Notes: generated from the letters alone by a model not told the origin. A DNA stretch of 64,000 bases from Pseudomonadota bacterium (GCA_021827145.1 JAKAXK010000001.1:9006-73005); one strand, 5' to 3'; counted from the first letter of the stretch, positions 19,463-29,438 are shown. Translations and numbers: made by a program.

Positions 19463-20662
19463 GTGAGTGGACCCCCACCCGAGACCGATCCGCAAGAGGC
19501 CACCCGGATTCCCGCTGATACCGCCGCGCTGAGCGCGCGTCAGTGGCGGGCCCTGGCGTGCATGGCGGAGCGTTACGCGGCCCTCGAGGACGCCTCGAAC
19601 GGCCCCCTGGGCGACGTCGCGGGCGAGGCCATGCGCAAGGCCTCGGGCCTCTGGCACGGTCACGATCTCCCGACACTCACCGGTGAAATCCTGCAGGCGG
19701 CCGAGGCGCTCCGCGACGCCGGGGTCTTCGCGGCGATCCGCGACGGCGCGCAACCCGCGAAGGAGGCCCTGGGGCGCACCATCGATGCCGAGGCCCTAAA
19801 AGAGATAGGCACCGCGGCCCTGGCACTGCGCGATGAATGGCGTACGGTGCAGCGGCTTAGCGCGCGTCTGCGGGCGTTAGAGACGTGGGTCGAGAGCCCC
19901 ACGGCGGGGGCGCTGGCGGACGCCTGGGCACGATGGCTCGAGGCGACGCGGGATACCGAGTTGACAAGGCTCGGGCGCGACCTCCTGCGCATCTTGGAGA
20001 CCCTCTCCCGAAGCGGCGCGCTCGCGCGACTTGCCGACGACCTGCCCGCTCTGATCGATACCGTGGCGCATCTGGCACACATGGCACCCGCGCTGCTCGA
20101 GGCGGCAGGCCCACTGCTCAACCAGGCCCGCATGGACCTCGCCTTCGCGCACAAGCTCGCAGACCGGGGTCGTAACGTGGCCGAAATCTGGAAAGGGCCG
20201 ACGGGAGAGGCGCTTTCGCGCGCCGCCACCGAACTCAGCGCCTGGGCTGCCGAACACAATGTCGCCGGACTCGCCCAGGAAATAACCGCGCTTCTCGCCA
20301 CCCTTCGCGACGCCGGACTGTTCCCCGCTGTACGCGAGGCGGGCCTTGCGCTCACGGGCCTTGCCTCGTCGTGGCGGCGCGTACAGGCCGCGGCCAGCGC
20401 CGATGGCCACGCCATCAAGGACATTTCCGCGGCGGCCGGAGAAACGCTCGACCGCTGGCGGCATCTGCGCGCGGGGCTCGCCGATGGACAGGGCGATTCA
20501 CCGGGGGGCATCAAGGGACTCTACCATCTCCTCAGGGATCCCCGCGTACAGGATGGTCTCCGCCAGGGCGCACTTCTGCTGTCGGGCTTGATGGGCGCGC
20601 CGCCCGAAAAAACGCAGGCAACGCACATTCATGGGCAGGGGCGCGGCGGCGCCGAATCTTGA
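19463..20662 (+). CDS. DUF1641-domain protein with internal helical repeats
   Basis: The C-terminal 'GGIKGLYHLLRDPRVQDGLRQGALLLSGL' resembles the DUF1641 signature. Similar 'L..LRDAG.F.A.R' units recur upstream. The GTG start lies 4 nt after the sqr stop. Confidence 0.55.
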   Translation: MSGPPPETDPQEATRIPADTAALSARQWRALACMAERYAALEDASNGPLGDVAGEAMRKASGLWHGHDLPTLTGEILQAAEALRDAGVFAAIRDGAQPAKEALGRTIDAEALKEIGTAALALRDEWRTVQRLSARLRALETWVESPTAGALADAWARWLEATRDTELTRLGRDLLRILETLSRSGALARLADDLPALIDTVAHLAHMAPALLEAAGPLLNQARMDLAFAHKLADRGRNVAEIWKGPTGEALSRAATELSAWAAEHNVAGLAQEITALLATLRDAGLFPAVREAGLALTGLASSWRRVQAAASADGHAIKDISAAAGETLDRWRHLRAGLADGQGDSPGGIKGLYHLLRDPRVQDGLRQGALLLSGLMGAPPEKTQATHIHGQGRGGAES

Positions 20663-20805
20663 ACGGTGGCCCACACGTGAAGGGGCCACCCCCTCCCGCG
20701 GCATAGCGCTCTCCCCCAAAGGTCTCATGGACGGGCCCGCTCTTTTTGCGGATAGTCAACCGAGCAACCGGGACGGGGGCCGATCCCGTTCGACACGGGG
20801 GTTTC

Positions 20806-21507
20806 ATGTCGACAGTCGCCGAACGATTCGCTGCTCGGACGAGCTTCACCGCGTACGCCTTGCCCTCGGGGCCACGCGTCAACTTGGGCTGTGGGCCGGT
20901 TATGCCCAAGGGCTGGGTTCATGTCGACGGCAGCCGCCGGTCCTGGCTGGTCGCCCGCGCGCCCAGCCTTGACCGCCTGCTGGTGCGTCTTGGTCTCTTG
21001 CGAACCAGCGCCTTCCAGCCGGGCATAATCCATCACGATTTGCGCAAACGCCTTCCGTGGGGCGACGAATCGATCGCGGCCATCTACGCGGGCGAGGTGT
21101 GGGAACATTTCGAGTACGAGGACGCGCTGCGCCTCACGCAGGAGTGTCGTCGAGTTCTGAAAAAAAGCGGGGTTCTGCGACTTTGCGTCCCGGACGGGGT
21201 CGAATTCTGGAAAAAATACCTCAACCTCTTCTTCGAGGAGCAGGCCCGCGAATCGGGCGCACGCGACGCCGCACGCCTTCGTAGACATGTCCAGATGTAC
21301 TTCGACGACATCTGCACGCGGCCGGCGGGCCTCAAGTCCTTTGGTCACTTCCATAAGTGGCAGTACGACGAGATCCAACTCGTGGACCTTTGCGAGCGCT
21401 GCGGATTCCAGGATGTCGCGCGCGCGACCTTCCGCGTCAGCCGCATACCCGATATAGGGGCGGTGGAGCGCTCGGATTTTCTGATCGTTGAGGCCATTAA
21501 GCCGTAG
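20806..21507 (+). CDS. class I SAM-dependent methyltransferase
   Basis: The Methyltransf_11-like core includes 'VNLGCG', 'IYAGEVWEHF' and 'LKKSGVLRLCVPD'. The start was moved to ATG 20806. Confidence 0.6.
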   Translation: MSTVAERFAARTSFTAYALPSGPRVNLGCGPVMPKGWVHVDGSRRSWLVARAPSLDRLLVRLGLLRTSAFQPGIIHHDLRKRLPWGDESIAAIYAGEVWEHFEYEDALRLTQECRRVLKKSGVLRLCVPDGVEFWKKYLNLFFEEQARESGARDAARLRRHVQMYFDDICTRPAGLKSFGHFHKWQYDEIQLVDLCERCGFQDVARATFRVSRIPDIGAVERSDFLIVEAIKP

Positions 21508-21533
21508 CGCCCGTTGGCGCCGAACCCCAGCGA

Positions 21534-23495
21534 TCAATGCGACTTCGCGCGTTTGGGGATCTTGCGCAAGGCCTCCGCGCGCGCCTTGGGACCGGCCTTA
21601 TTCAAAAGCGCCGGGCAATCGACCTTGTGGCCGGGTGCCGTGTCGATCAAGGGCAGCAGCGCGGCGGCGGGCGTAAGCAAGGCGCCCAGCGCCACTGCGG
21701 CCCCGGCCCGCTCTATCAGGGCAATGCGCGAGACATGGAAGGTGGGCTTCTTGAAGGTGCCGCCAACATGCAGGGGGCCGCGCGCGCTCACGATGGTGAC
21801 GTGCTTGGGCTTGGTGTACACAGTCAGATGCAGTGCCTGGTTTTTCATATCGACGGTGCCGCGACCAAGAATGTTGGCCGAGGGCGTGTCGATCAGGAAG
21901 GTGCGTGTCTTCAGTAAGCCATGGCGGGCGCCCAGGCGCATCACGGCACAGGGAATACGTTCCTGCTTCATCCCCGAGAGCCAGTCCAGGGCCGCATTGC
22001 CGACATGCAGCTGCGCGAGCGCAACATAGAGGTTATTCACCGAGCCGTTCGCGAGTGCGAGCCCCACATGCCCGGTCGCATCAGCGGACATGGCGGCAAT
22101 GGAATTCCCGCGGCCCGAGAGATGTAAACGGCCGCCGATCCTGCCAGTGCCGGCGGTCTGGAACTTGATCTTGGGAAAGAGGAGTCGCAGACGAAGCCCG
22201 CGGGCGATTGCCTTTAGATCTGTGCGGTAGACGGGGCGTGACACGTTCATCGTGTAGTTCGCCGTCACCAGGCCATCGGCCACGCCGAAGGTCAAGGGCG
22301 CGATGTGGACGAGACCATGCCGGATGACAAGATGGGCGTAGAGGTCCTGAATACGCATATGGGAGGCATAGACATGCTCGCCCCGCAACACGACGTCGGC
22401 GTCCAGGTTCAAGAGGTGACTGCGCTTATAGGGCTTGGCTGGCAAGGCCTTCTGCGCGTCCTGGGCGTGGGCCTTAACCGTGACGTGACCGTGGACCTTT
22501 TTCGGCTTGGCCTGCACGAAGCCGGCAAGATCCTTGAAGTTTAGGTGACGAGAGACGAGATTCGCGCGCACGAAGACCGGGTGGCCGGGCGTGACGCTGA
22601 TCGTGCCCTCGAGATCGCTCTTACCGACGAGACCCCGGAAATGGGTGAGATGCCAGACCGCACCGCGGCGCGTGAGCCGACCCGAGATCTTGAAGGGGCC
22701 GGTGTCGGGCAGCGGGAGGTTGACGGCCTTGTTCACGCGGCCGAGCCCCGAGCCTTCGAGCAGGACGTGGAGATTCACGTTTTTTAAGGCCATGGGGGCG
22801 GTCAAGGTGCCTTCGAGGCGCGCCAGGAAGCGGCCGATATGGATCGCGACTTGGACTGGGTAGGGACGGTGATCGTTTTCAGCCTGGGTGGGCGAACCGA
22901 GCGCGCCGGTCAGGGTGAAGGGTGAACCCTTATAGCGCCCGCGGCCCGACAAGAGCAGGTGCGTGGACGGCTGGACACTGCGGATCGTCAAGGCAAGGTC
23001 GGTGGTGGCCGGAACGTCGCGTACGGTGATCTGTCCGTGGGTGATCACGAGCCTGCCTAGGCGCGGCACGGTGGAAAACTGGGACTTTGAGGATGGGGGC
23101 TTCGCAAATACCCAGTTGGCGCGTGAAGGTGTTGGTTTGTCCAGATGAATTACAGGGTGGCGCAACACGAGCGACGGCAAGACTACATGGCCATGGAGCA
23201 GCGGTAACAAGGCGAGGCGCACACGCAGCTGGCGCACGGCGGCCATGGGCCCGTGGGCCCAGGACGGATTGGCCACCGTGACGCGGTTCAAGGTCACGCG
23301 GGGCGTGAGAGACCACTTGATATGGACGGGTCCGTCGATCGTGACGCGGCGGTGAAGCTTGGCGGTCCCCTCACGTTCGATCACACGCTTTACGATGCGC
23401 GGCGCCAAGGCGATCACAAGCCCCGCGACGACGACGAGAGACAAGACCGCCGTGGTCGCAATCCTCACCCATAACGGGAAACGCTGCACGGCCAT
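21534..23495 (-). CDS. AsmA family outer-membrane biogenesis protein
   Basis: An N-terminal membrane anchor is followed by a long beta-rich repetitive body, and the C-terminal region matches the AsmA pattern. Confidence 0.7.
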   Translation of the reverse strand: MAVQRFPLWVRIATTAVLSLVVVAGLVIALAPRIVKRVIEREGTAKLHRRVTIDGPVHIKWSLTPRVTLNRVTVANPSWAHGPMAAVRQLRVRLALLPLLHGHVVLPSLVLRHPVIHLDKPTPSRANWVFAKPPSSKSQFSTVPRLGRLVITHGQITVRDVPATTDLALTIRSVQPSTHLLLSGRGRYKGSPFTLTGALGSPTQAENDHRPYPVQVAIHIGRFLARLEGTLTAPMALKNVNLHVLLEGSGLGRVNKAVNLPLPDTGPFKISGRLTRRGAVWHLTHFRGLVGKSDLEGTISVTPGHPVFVRANLVSRHLNFKDLAGFVQAKPKKVHGHVTVKAHAQDAQKALPAKPYKRSHLLNLDADVVLRGEHVYASHMRIQDLYAHLVIRHGLVHIAPLTFGVADGLVTANYTMNVSRPVYRTDLKAIARGLRLRLLFPKIKFQTAGTGRIGGRLHLSGRGNSIAAMSADATGHVGLALANGSVNNLYVALAQLHVGNAALDWLSGMKQERIPCAVMRLGARHGLLKTRTFLIDTPSANILGRGTVDMKNQALHLTVYTKPKHVTIVSARGPLHVGGTFKKPTFHVSRIALIERAGAAVALGALLTPAAALLPLIDTAPGHKVDCPALLNKAGPKARAEALRKIPKRAKSH

Positions 23496-23554
23496 GTCGT
23501 CCTCCTTACAGGATCGTAATCACGCGCGCCTGCGCCCGATATCCCCTCTTTGGC

Positions 23555-25171
23555 CTAATCGACGAACACGGCCGGCAGGTCGACGATCTCCTCGATGGCC
23601 TCGCCCGCCACCGAGACCACGGCCAAGGCCTGACGCCTGTAGAGTCGCCGCATGAGCGCGGCGGGTACGAGCGGACGCGGGCGCAATCGTCGATCCGTGG
23701 GGTGTCCGAGGAGGCGCTCGAAGAAGTGCACCGTGTGCCAGTCCTCCGTACGCAAGCAGAGCTTCTGCCGGAAATTTTGCAATAGAGTGTCAGCCAGATC
23801 GCGGTCGCCCAGAGCCGCATAGAAGCTCGCAATCGACTGGGCGGAAATGATACCCACGGTGCCGAAGGCGCGACCCTTGTCCCAGAAGTTGAGATCGGAG
23901 AGGCCGTCCTTGTTGGCGCTCACGACCTCCTGATACTCGTCGCACAAGAACAAGACCAACCGCGAACGCTCGGCGGCGGGTCGTCTTTGCATGTACTGGA
24001 AGAATCGTAACTTGATGAAGGTATAGATGACCTTGGCGCCTATGCCCCACACGGAAAGTGGTAGGTCCACGAGAAAAATCGCGCCCGCGCCCAAAGTCTC
24101 GATCGCCAGGGCGTCCGCGGGCGGACAGAAGGCGTCGACGAGGTCAGGGTGCGTGAACGGAGTAAGGACCTGGGCGGCGCTTGCGAGAACGCCAGCGACC
24201 ACCTTGGCGTCGAAGCGCGTGAATACGCCCTCGTGATAAGACTGGTAGCCGCGCAGGAGCCGCAAGGCCGCGGGGGCAAGGCCCGGGGTCTCGTCACGCA
24301 ACCTCTGATCGCACTCGGCGCGTACCTCGTCGCGAAAAAGATAATCATAGAGTCCGGCCAGACTGTAGCGGTCGGGCAAAAAAGAGAGCACGCCCAGGGC
24401 ATTGCGACAGAGTTCCGCCGCCGTCTCGGTCCAGAACGGGTCCCCCGGGGCTCCGTTGAGCAGCAGGGCCGATTTCAGAAACCCCGCAGCGGCCTCCGGG
24501 GTGAGTCCGCGCAGGAGATTGAAGGCGCGCCGCCCCGGACCCACGACAATGAGTGTGCGCCCAGCCCTTTTTGCAAGTCCGGCGGCGGCGATCCCGAAGT
24601 CGCCTTTGATATCGAAGAGGAGCCCGCCCATGCCGTGGGCGAGGCATTGGAGCAGGGCCGGCTGGATGATCGACGTTGTCTTACCCGAGCCTATGCCCCC
24701 CAGAATGAGGAGGTTCTGGCCGAGGTCGGCGGCATCAAAGACGAGCGCGCGGCGCCCCGGATTACGCCAGAGACCACGGCGATGCAAAAGACCTTCGGTG
24801 GCGCCCAACCACAGACGGACCCCCGTGGACGCCTGGGGTGCTACGTGGCGGCTCGGTCTGAAAAGGCGGAACAGGGTCGTAAGCGGCGCACACATGGTCA
24901 GAAGCGTGGCGCGTACACGTGCGTGAAGGACGCGCGCGGGAACAGGCCTGCCGAGAACGACCCGCGCCCGCGCGTTCCAAGGCGCGGGCAAGGGCGCGGG
25001 GGGAGGCGCGGGGGGCGCCGAGGGCCTCCCCTGCCCGGCCGCCAAACGGGTGGCCTCCTCCAGCAGGCCGCGCGCCTCGAGCTCCTCGCCCAGATCGAGC
25101 AAGGCCCGCAGGCGCCTTTTGTCCACACGGGCGCGCACGGCGCGGGCCCAGGCGCGAGGGTCGGCGGCCAT
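23555..25171 (-). CDS. type IV coupling protein-like P-loop ATPase (TraD/TraG/VirD4 superfamily), no TM segment seen
   Basis: Walker A is 'LILGGIGSGKTT' and the Walker B-like segment is 'LVLFLCDEYQ'. 'LFDIKGDF' is also present. The N-terminus is hydrophilic. Confidence 0.7.
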   Translation of the reverse strand: MAADPRAWARAVRARVDKRRLRALLDLGEELEARGLLEEATRLAAGQGRPSAPPAPPPAPLPAPWNARARVVLGRPVPARVLHARVRATLLTMCAPLTTLFRLFRPSRHVAPQASTGVRLWLGATEGLLHRRGLWRNPGRRALVFDAADLGQNLLILGGIGSGKTTSIIQPALLQCLAHGMGGLLFDIKGDFGIAAAGLAKRAGRTLIVVGPGRRAFNLLRGLTPEAAAGFLKSALLLNGAPGDPFWTETAAELCRNALGVLSFLPDRYSLAGLYDYLFRDEVRAECDQRLRDETPGLAPAALRLLRGYQSYHEGVFTRFDAKVVAGVLASAAQVLTPFTHPDLVDAFCPPADALAIETLGAGAIFLVDLPLSVWGIGAKVIYTFIKLRFFQYMQRRPAAERSRLVLFLCDEYQEVVSANKDGLSDLNFWDKGRAFGTVGIISAQSIASFYAALGDRDLADTLLQNFRQKLCLRTEDWHTVHFFERLLGHPTDRRLRPRPLVPAALMRRLYRRQALAVVSVAGEAIEEIVDLPAVFVD

Positions 25172-25249
25172 CCGGGAATCTCCTGATAAAAAGCGAGCCT
25201 AGCAGCAGCTACTATGGCGCGCCCATCCTGGATATGCCGGGGCGACACC

Positions 25250-26005
25250 ATGCCTGTCCTTTCTCTTCGGAGTCTGCGCGCGGACCGGGAACCGGGTCTC
25301 GTGGCCCGCGCCGCCTACAGCGGGCGACGGCGACTGTACGACTGTGCCCACGCGAGGACTTATGATTTTTCCCGGCGCCCCGGTCTCGGCTGGTCGGAAC
25401 TTGTCCTGCCCGCGGGCGCCCCCGGCGATTGGATCGATCCGGAAATGTTATGGAACGCGGTGGCAAGCGGGGCGCTATGGGGACGATCCGGCCTCGCCCG
25501 CGAGATCATCATGGGGCTCCCTCGTGGCCGATCCTTGGTCGCGCAAGCGCTCTTCATCGGGGGCTTTCTCGAGGAGGCGTTCGTGGCGCGGGGGTGCGCC
25601 GTCGACTGGTCCATCCATTACGATCGGGAGCGGAATCCCCACGCCCACGCCCTGATCAGTCCCCCGTGGACAGGCGACGGGAGCCCCTACGCGATGGAGG
25701 GGCGATCGGCCCCCGAAATGTCAGCAAACGCGCTGCGGGCCCTCTGGCAACGACACTGCGCGCGTCAAGGCCTGATGGACGGCGTCACTCCCCAGGGGAA
25801 CGACGTGGCGCAACTTGCCACAAGCGGCGCGCGCGGAGGACGCGGCGTCGTGCCCCGTCTTTGGCAAAGACAGCTCGCCCTGCGGGCCTTCGCCCGCCGC
25901 CCCTGGCGGACCATTCGACCGCCGTGGCTCAGGGTGCGATGGCGGCGCAAGCAACGCGACATGCGCGCGTCGGTGCCACGAAGGCGGCTCGGCCGCGACC
26001 GATGA
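25250..26005 (+). CDS. truncated MobA/MobL-family relaxase N-terminal domain (probably inactive relic)
   Basis: Family motifs 'AAYSG', 'YDFSRR', 'LWNAV', 'LAREIIMGLPR' and 'NPHAHALIS' are present. The conserved N-terminal 'IYH' tyrosine position reads 'VLS'. The protein is only ~251 aa and has an Arg-rich tail. Confidence 0.6.
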   Translation: MPVLSLRSLRADREPGLVARAAYSGRRRLYDCAHARTYDFSRRPGLGWSELVLPAGAPGDWIDPEMLWNAVASGALWGRSGLAREIIMGLPRGRSLVAQALFIGGFLEEAFVARGCAVDWSIHYDRERNPHAHALISPPWTGDGSPYAMEGRSAPEMSANALRALWQRHCARQGLMDGVTPQGNDVAQLATSGARGGRGVVPRLWQRQLALRAFARRPWRTIRPPWLRVRWRRKQRDMRASVPRRRLGRDR

Positions 26006-26048
26006 GCGCCGCGGGGTATGAATCCCGCGGGCGGCCCGCCGCACGGTC

Positions 26049-26462
26049 TCAGCCCGCGCTCGGGGGCAAGGCGGGGACCAAGTCCGTATGTCCGAAATCC
26101 TCACCCTTGAAGAGCAGCAGATCGGAACGGGCCTTGGCCAGCGCATAAGCAAAGCAATCGCCGAAATTCAAACGGGCCGGGTGGCCGCTGCCTTTGCCGA
26201 AATCGCGATAAGCCTCGCGGGCCAGCCGCGCCTGAGCCTCCGTCACGGGCTCGATGGCGATGGCCGCCTCGCGCATGAAGTCGTCGAAGCGGCGGCTTGC
26301 CACGGCATCCCGACTCGCGTCGATCACGACTGCTGCCTCGAGAAAGTTTGCAGCCGACATCCGTCGGGTGGAGGCGGGGGCGACCGCAATCGCGGCGGCG
26401 TAGGTCTGGGCATCCGGTTCGTTACGAAGGATGGCGATGATGGCCGAGGTGTCCACGATCAT
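26049..26462 (-). CDS. vapC: type II toxin VapC (PIN-domain ribonuclease)
   Basis: '[12 protein letters not shown]' and '[10 protein letters not shown]' are PIN acidic-residue motifs. The gene overlaps the upstream antitoxin gene by 4 nt. Confidence 0.85.
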   Translation of the reverse strand: MIVDTSAIIAILRNEPDAQTYAAAIAVAPASTRRMSAANFLEAAVVIDASRDAVASRRFDDFMREAAIAIEPVTEAQARLAREAYRDFGKGSGHPARLNFGDCFAYALAKARSDLLLFKGEDFGHTDLVPALPPSAG

Positions 26463-26713
26463 CGCGGAAGCCCGGCTTCATCATAGAGCAGGTCGCCATG
26501 CGACGCGGAAGCATAGGGTTCGTGCAGATGAGATGCGCAATCCCGGCCGATGGCCAGGAGTCGTTCCGCGAGCGGGGTCTCCCGCTCCCGAGCCAGCCGC
26601 TCAAGGCGATCACGGAGGGCCTGCGTCACCGCCTCGGTCATGCTCTCCCCCGTGAGCCTGGCCAAGGTCTGCGCCAACAGGTGGGCCTCTTCATTCTTGA
26701 TATTGAGCGCCAT
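26459..26713 (-). CDS. vapB: type II antitoxin VapB
   Basis: The sequence '[30 protein letters not shown]' matches the antitoxin pattern, and the gene is coupled to vapC. Confidence 0.75.
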   Translation of the reverse strand: MALNIKNEEAHLLAQTLARLTGESMTEAVTQALRDRLERLARERETPLAERLLAIGRDCASHLHEPYASASHGDLLYDEAGLPR

Positions 26714-26911
26714 AATCGGTTTCTACCCCATAAAGAATGATATTCTACCATGGTGGATAAGGGATGGTGAATACGGACGGGAAAGGGCGGCGCCTGGTGC
26801 CCCCAGAGCGGCGACGCCCTCTCGGACGTTCGGACGGCGCGCGCCCCGCAACGGCTGTGGTAGCTTAGCGCTCGTCAGACATCACTCTGCACCCATAAAT
26901 GGAGCGGCATC

Positions 26912-27154
26912 ATGAACCCCGTGAGAATATTTGGCATCGCCCTCGTCGTCCTGGGAATCCTCGGGGCGGCCTATGGCGGCTTCAGTTATACGCACAAGAC
27001 CAAAGAGGCGCAGCTTGGGCCCCTATCGCTGTCTGTGAAACAAAAACACCATGTCGACATCCCCCTCTGGGCCGGGGCGGGCGCCGTGGTCGTGGGGGGC
27101 GTATTGTTGCTGGTGGCCAGCGGTCCCAATCAAACGGGCCGCGGACAGGGCTAG
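26912..27154 (+). CDS. small two-TM membrane protein
   Basis: Two hydrophobic helices, 'IFGIALVVLGILGAAYGGF' and 'LWAGAGAVVVGGVLLLVA', are present. Function is unknown. Confidence 0.5.
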   Translation: MNPVRIFGIALVVLGILGAAYGGFSYTHKTKEAQLGPLSLSVKQKHHVDIPLWAGAGAVVVGGVLLLVASGPNQTGRGQG

Positions 27155-27165
27155 GACGGGGCGGT

Positions 27166-28797
27166 TCAGGTCGGACAGATCATCTGACCCAATTCGTCCG
27201 TGAGCCGGATGTTCTCGGTGTAATCGACCGGGCAATCGATGAGCGTCACGGTCGGCGCCTCCAGCGCCCGGCGCAAAGTCGGCAGCAGGTCCTCGGCGCG
27301 CTCGATACGATAACCCTCGGCGCCGAAGGCGTGGGCGTATTGAACGAAGTCGGGGTTCGTGAAGCGCACATGACCCGTTCGCTGGTAATGCAACTGCTGC
27401 TTCCATTCGATGAGACCGTAACCGCCATCGTTCCAGATGAGTACCACGAACGCGACCCCAAGACGCATGGCGGTCTCGATCTCCTGGGAGTTCATGAGGA
27501 AGCCCGCATCCCCGGTCACCGCCACGACGCGCTTTCCCGGTACGGCGAGTGCCGCGGCCAGCGCCCCGGGTACGGCGATGCCCATGCTCGCGAAGCCATT
27601 CGAGATGATGCAGGTATTGGGACGCTCGGCGTCATAGAGGCGCGCCATCCAAAGCTTGTGGGCGCCCACATCGCAAACGACGATGTCCTCGAGCCCCAGT
27701 GCCTCGCGTAAGTCACTCACCACGCGCTGCGGCTTCGGGGGAAAGGCGTTGTCGTGGCGCCCGCCGTTCAGTTCGCGGCGAATCAACTCACGCAGGTTGG
27801 CGAAGCGCTCGGGTGGGCGGCTCGCTACGCGCTCGGCGATGGCCGGCAGGGTGACAGCATAGTCCCCTATGACCCCGGACGTGACGATGTAGTGGGCGTC
27901 GACCTCGGCGGCGCGCAAGTCGATATGCACGATCTGACGATCCGCGGTCTTGTGCCAGAGCACGGGCGGGTATTCGACGAGGTCGTAACCTATGCAAATG
28001 ATGACGTCGGCGCGATCGAAGCCGCACGAGATGTAATCGTGGGCCTGCAGACCCACCGTCCCCAGACACAAGGGATGGGACGCCGGTATTGCGCCCTTGG
28101 CCATGAAGGTGGTGGCGACGGGAATGGCGAGTTTCTCGGCGAAGCGCACGAGCGCATCGCAACCGCGCCCACGCACAACGCCGTTGCCGGCCATGATGAT
28201 GGGAAAGTTGGCAGCCGCGATCACGCTCGCCGCCTCCGCGACCTGCGAGGCCGCCGGATATGGGGCCGGGGCCGCCTGCACCTTGAGCGGGGTGCCGGCG
28301 GCCGGACGAGCCGCGATGTTTTCGGGGAAATCGATGAAGCAGGCGCCGGGCTTCTCGATCTGCGCGAGCTTGAAGGCCTTGCGCACCACCTCGGTCACAA
28401 TCTCCGGCTCCAGCACCTGGACCGCATACTTCGTGATCGACGCAAAGAGATTCACAAGATTCAAGACCTGGTGCGACTCCTTGTGGAGACGTAGGGTCGA
28501 GGCCTGTCCGGCGATGGCGACGAGCGGGGCGCGGTCCATATTGGCGTCCGCGACCCCCGTGACAAGATTGGTGGCCCCGGGACCGAGCGTGGCCAGACAC
28601 ACGCCGGCACGATGGGTGAGCCGGCCGTAGACATCAGCCATGAACGCGGCGCCCTGCTCGTGACGGGTGGTCACGAACCGTATGCGCGACTCAAGCAAGG
28701 CATCCATGAGGGCGAGATTCTCCTCGCCCGGGATGCCGAAGATGTACTCGACCCCCTCGTTTTCCAGGCAGCGGACGAAAAGCTGCGCCGCATTCAC
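27166..28797 (-). CDS. thiamine-diphosphate enzyme, acetolactate synthase (catabolic AlsS-like)
   Basis: It has the N-terminal 'GVEYIFGIPGEE', 'RHEQGAAFMADVYGR' and the ThDP motif 'GDAGF...N'. No adjacent small subunit is present. Confidence 0.7.
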   Translation of the reverse strand: MNAAQLFVRCLENEGVEYIFGIPGEENLALMDALLESRIRFVTTRHEQGAAFMADVYGRLTHRAGVCLATLGPGATNLVTGVADANMDRAPLVAIAGQASTLRLHKESHQVLNLVNLFASITKYAVQVLEPEIVTEVVRKAFKLAQIEKPGACFIDFPENIAARPAAGTPLKVQAAPAPYPAASQVAEAASVIAAANFPIIMAGNGVVRGRGCDALVRFAEKLAIPVATTFMAKGAIPASHPLCLGTVGLQAHDYISCGFDRADVIICIGYDLVEYPPVLWHKTADRQIVHIDLRAAEVDAHYIVTSGVIGDYAVTLPAIAERVASRPPERFANLRELIRRELNGGRHDNAFPPKPQRVVSDLREALGLEDIVVCDVGAHKLWMARLYDAERPNTCIISNGFASMGIAVPGALAAALAVPGKRVVAVTGDAGFLMNSQEIETAMRLGVAFVVLIWNDGGYGLIEWKQQLHYQRTGHVRFTNPDFVQYAHAFGAEGYRIERAEDLLPTLRRALEAPTVTLIDCPVDYTENIRLTDELGQMICPT

Positions 28798-28799
28798 CG

Positions 28800-29438
28800 T
28801 TAATGGGTCTCCGCGTGCTGCGCCTTGCGCACGAGATAGCCGACCTCGCGCAACAGCTGGCGCCGCCCGCCCGCAAGACTTGGGTTCGTGCGGTAACGCC
28901 CGTCCACTATGAAGGTCGGCACGGAGTGTATGCCCTCCTCGTTCTGCTGTTGACGCGCCTTGCGCACCGCCAGACCCACAGCAAAGGAACGGTAGACGTT
29001 TGTGAAGCGCGTGGCGCTCACGGCGCTATGGTGCGCCACCCACGCCGATATGGTCGCGGCGTTGTCGAGCACCTCGTGATGCACATGAATGGCATTAAAA
29101 AATTTGTCATGCAGGGCCTTCAAGAGACCTAGGTCCTTGAAGGCGAAGAAGGCACGCGCCTGTGGGAGCCAATAGGGGCTAATCGCCGCCGCCTGGCGCT
29201 CGAAGGTGACATCCGCGGGCTTATGGGCAAGCCACTTGTTCAAAAGCGGCTCCAGGTGAAAGCAATGCGGGCAGCCGTACCAGAACACCTCCTGCACGAG
29301 GATCTTGGGCCCCGGGGGCACGGGTTGCGTAGGACTGATCCGGACGTATTCCATGCCCTCGACCACACCGGCCTGCACTGCCGTCATCGCCAATGGCAGG
29401 GCCAGACCCACGACCAGGGCCAACTGTCTCCTCATCAC
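28800..29438 (-). CDS. dsbA: thiol:disulfide interchange protein DsbA
   Basis: It has a signal peptide and the 'FWYGCPHCFHLEP' CPHC active site. Confidence 0.85.
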   Translation of the reverse strand: MMRRQLALVVGLALPLAMTAVQAGVVEGMEYVRISPTQPVPPGPKILVQEVFWYGCPHCFHLEPLLNKWLAHKPADVTFERQAAAISPYWLPQARAFFAFKDLGLLKALHDKFFNAIHVHHEVLDNAATISAWVAHHSAVSATRFTNVYRSFAVGLAVRKARQQQNEEGIHSVPTFIVDGRYRTNPSLAGGRRQLLREVGYLVRKAQHAETH

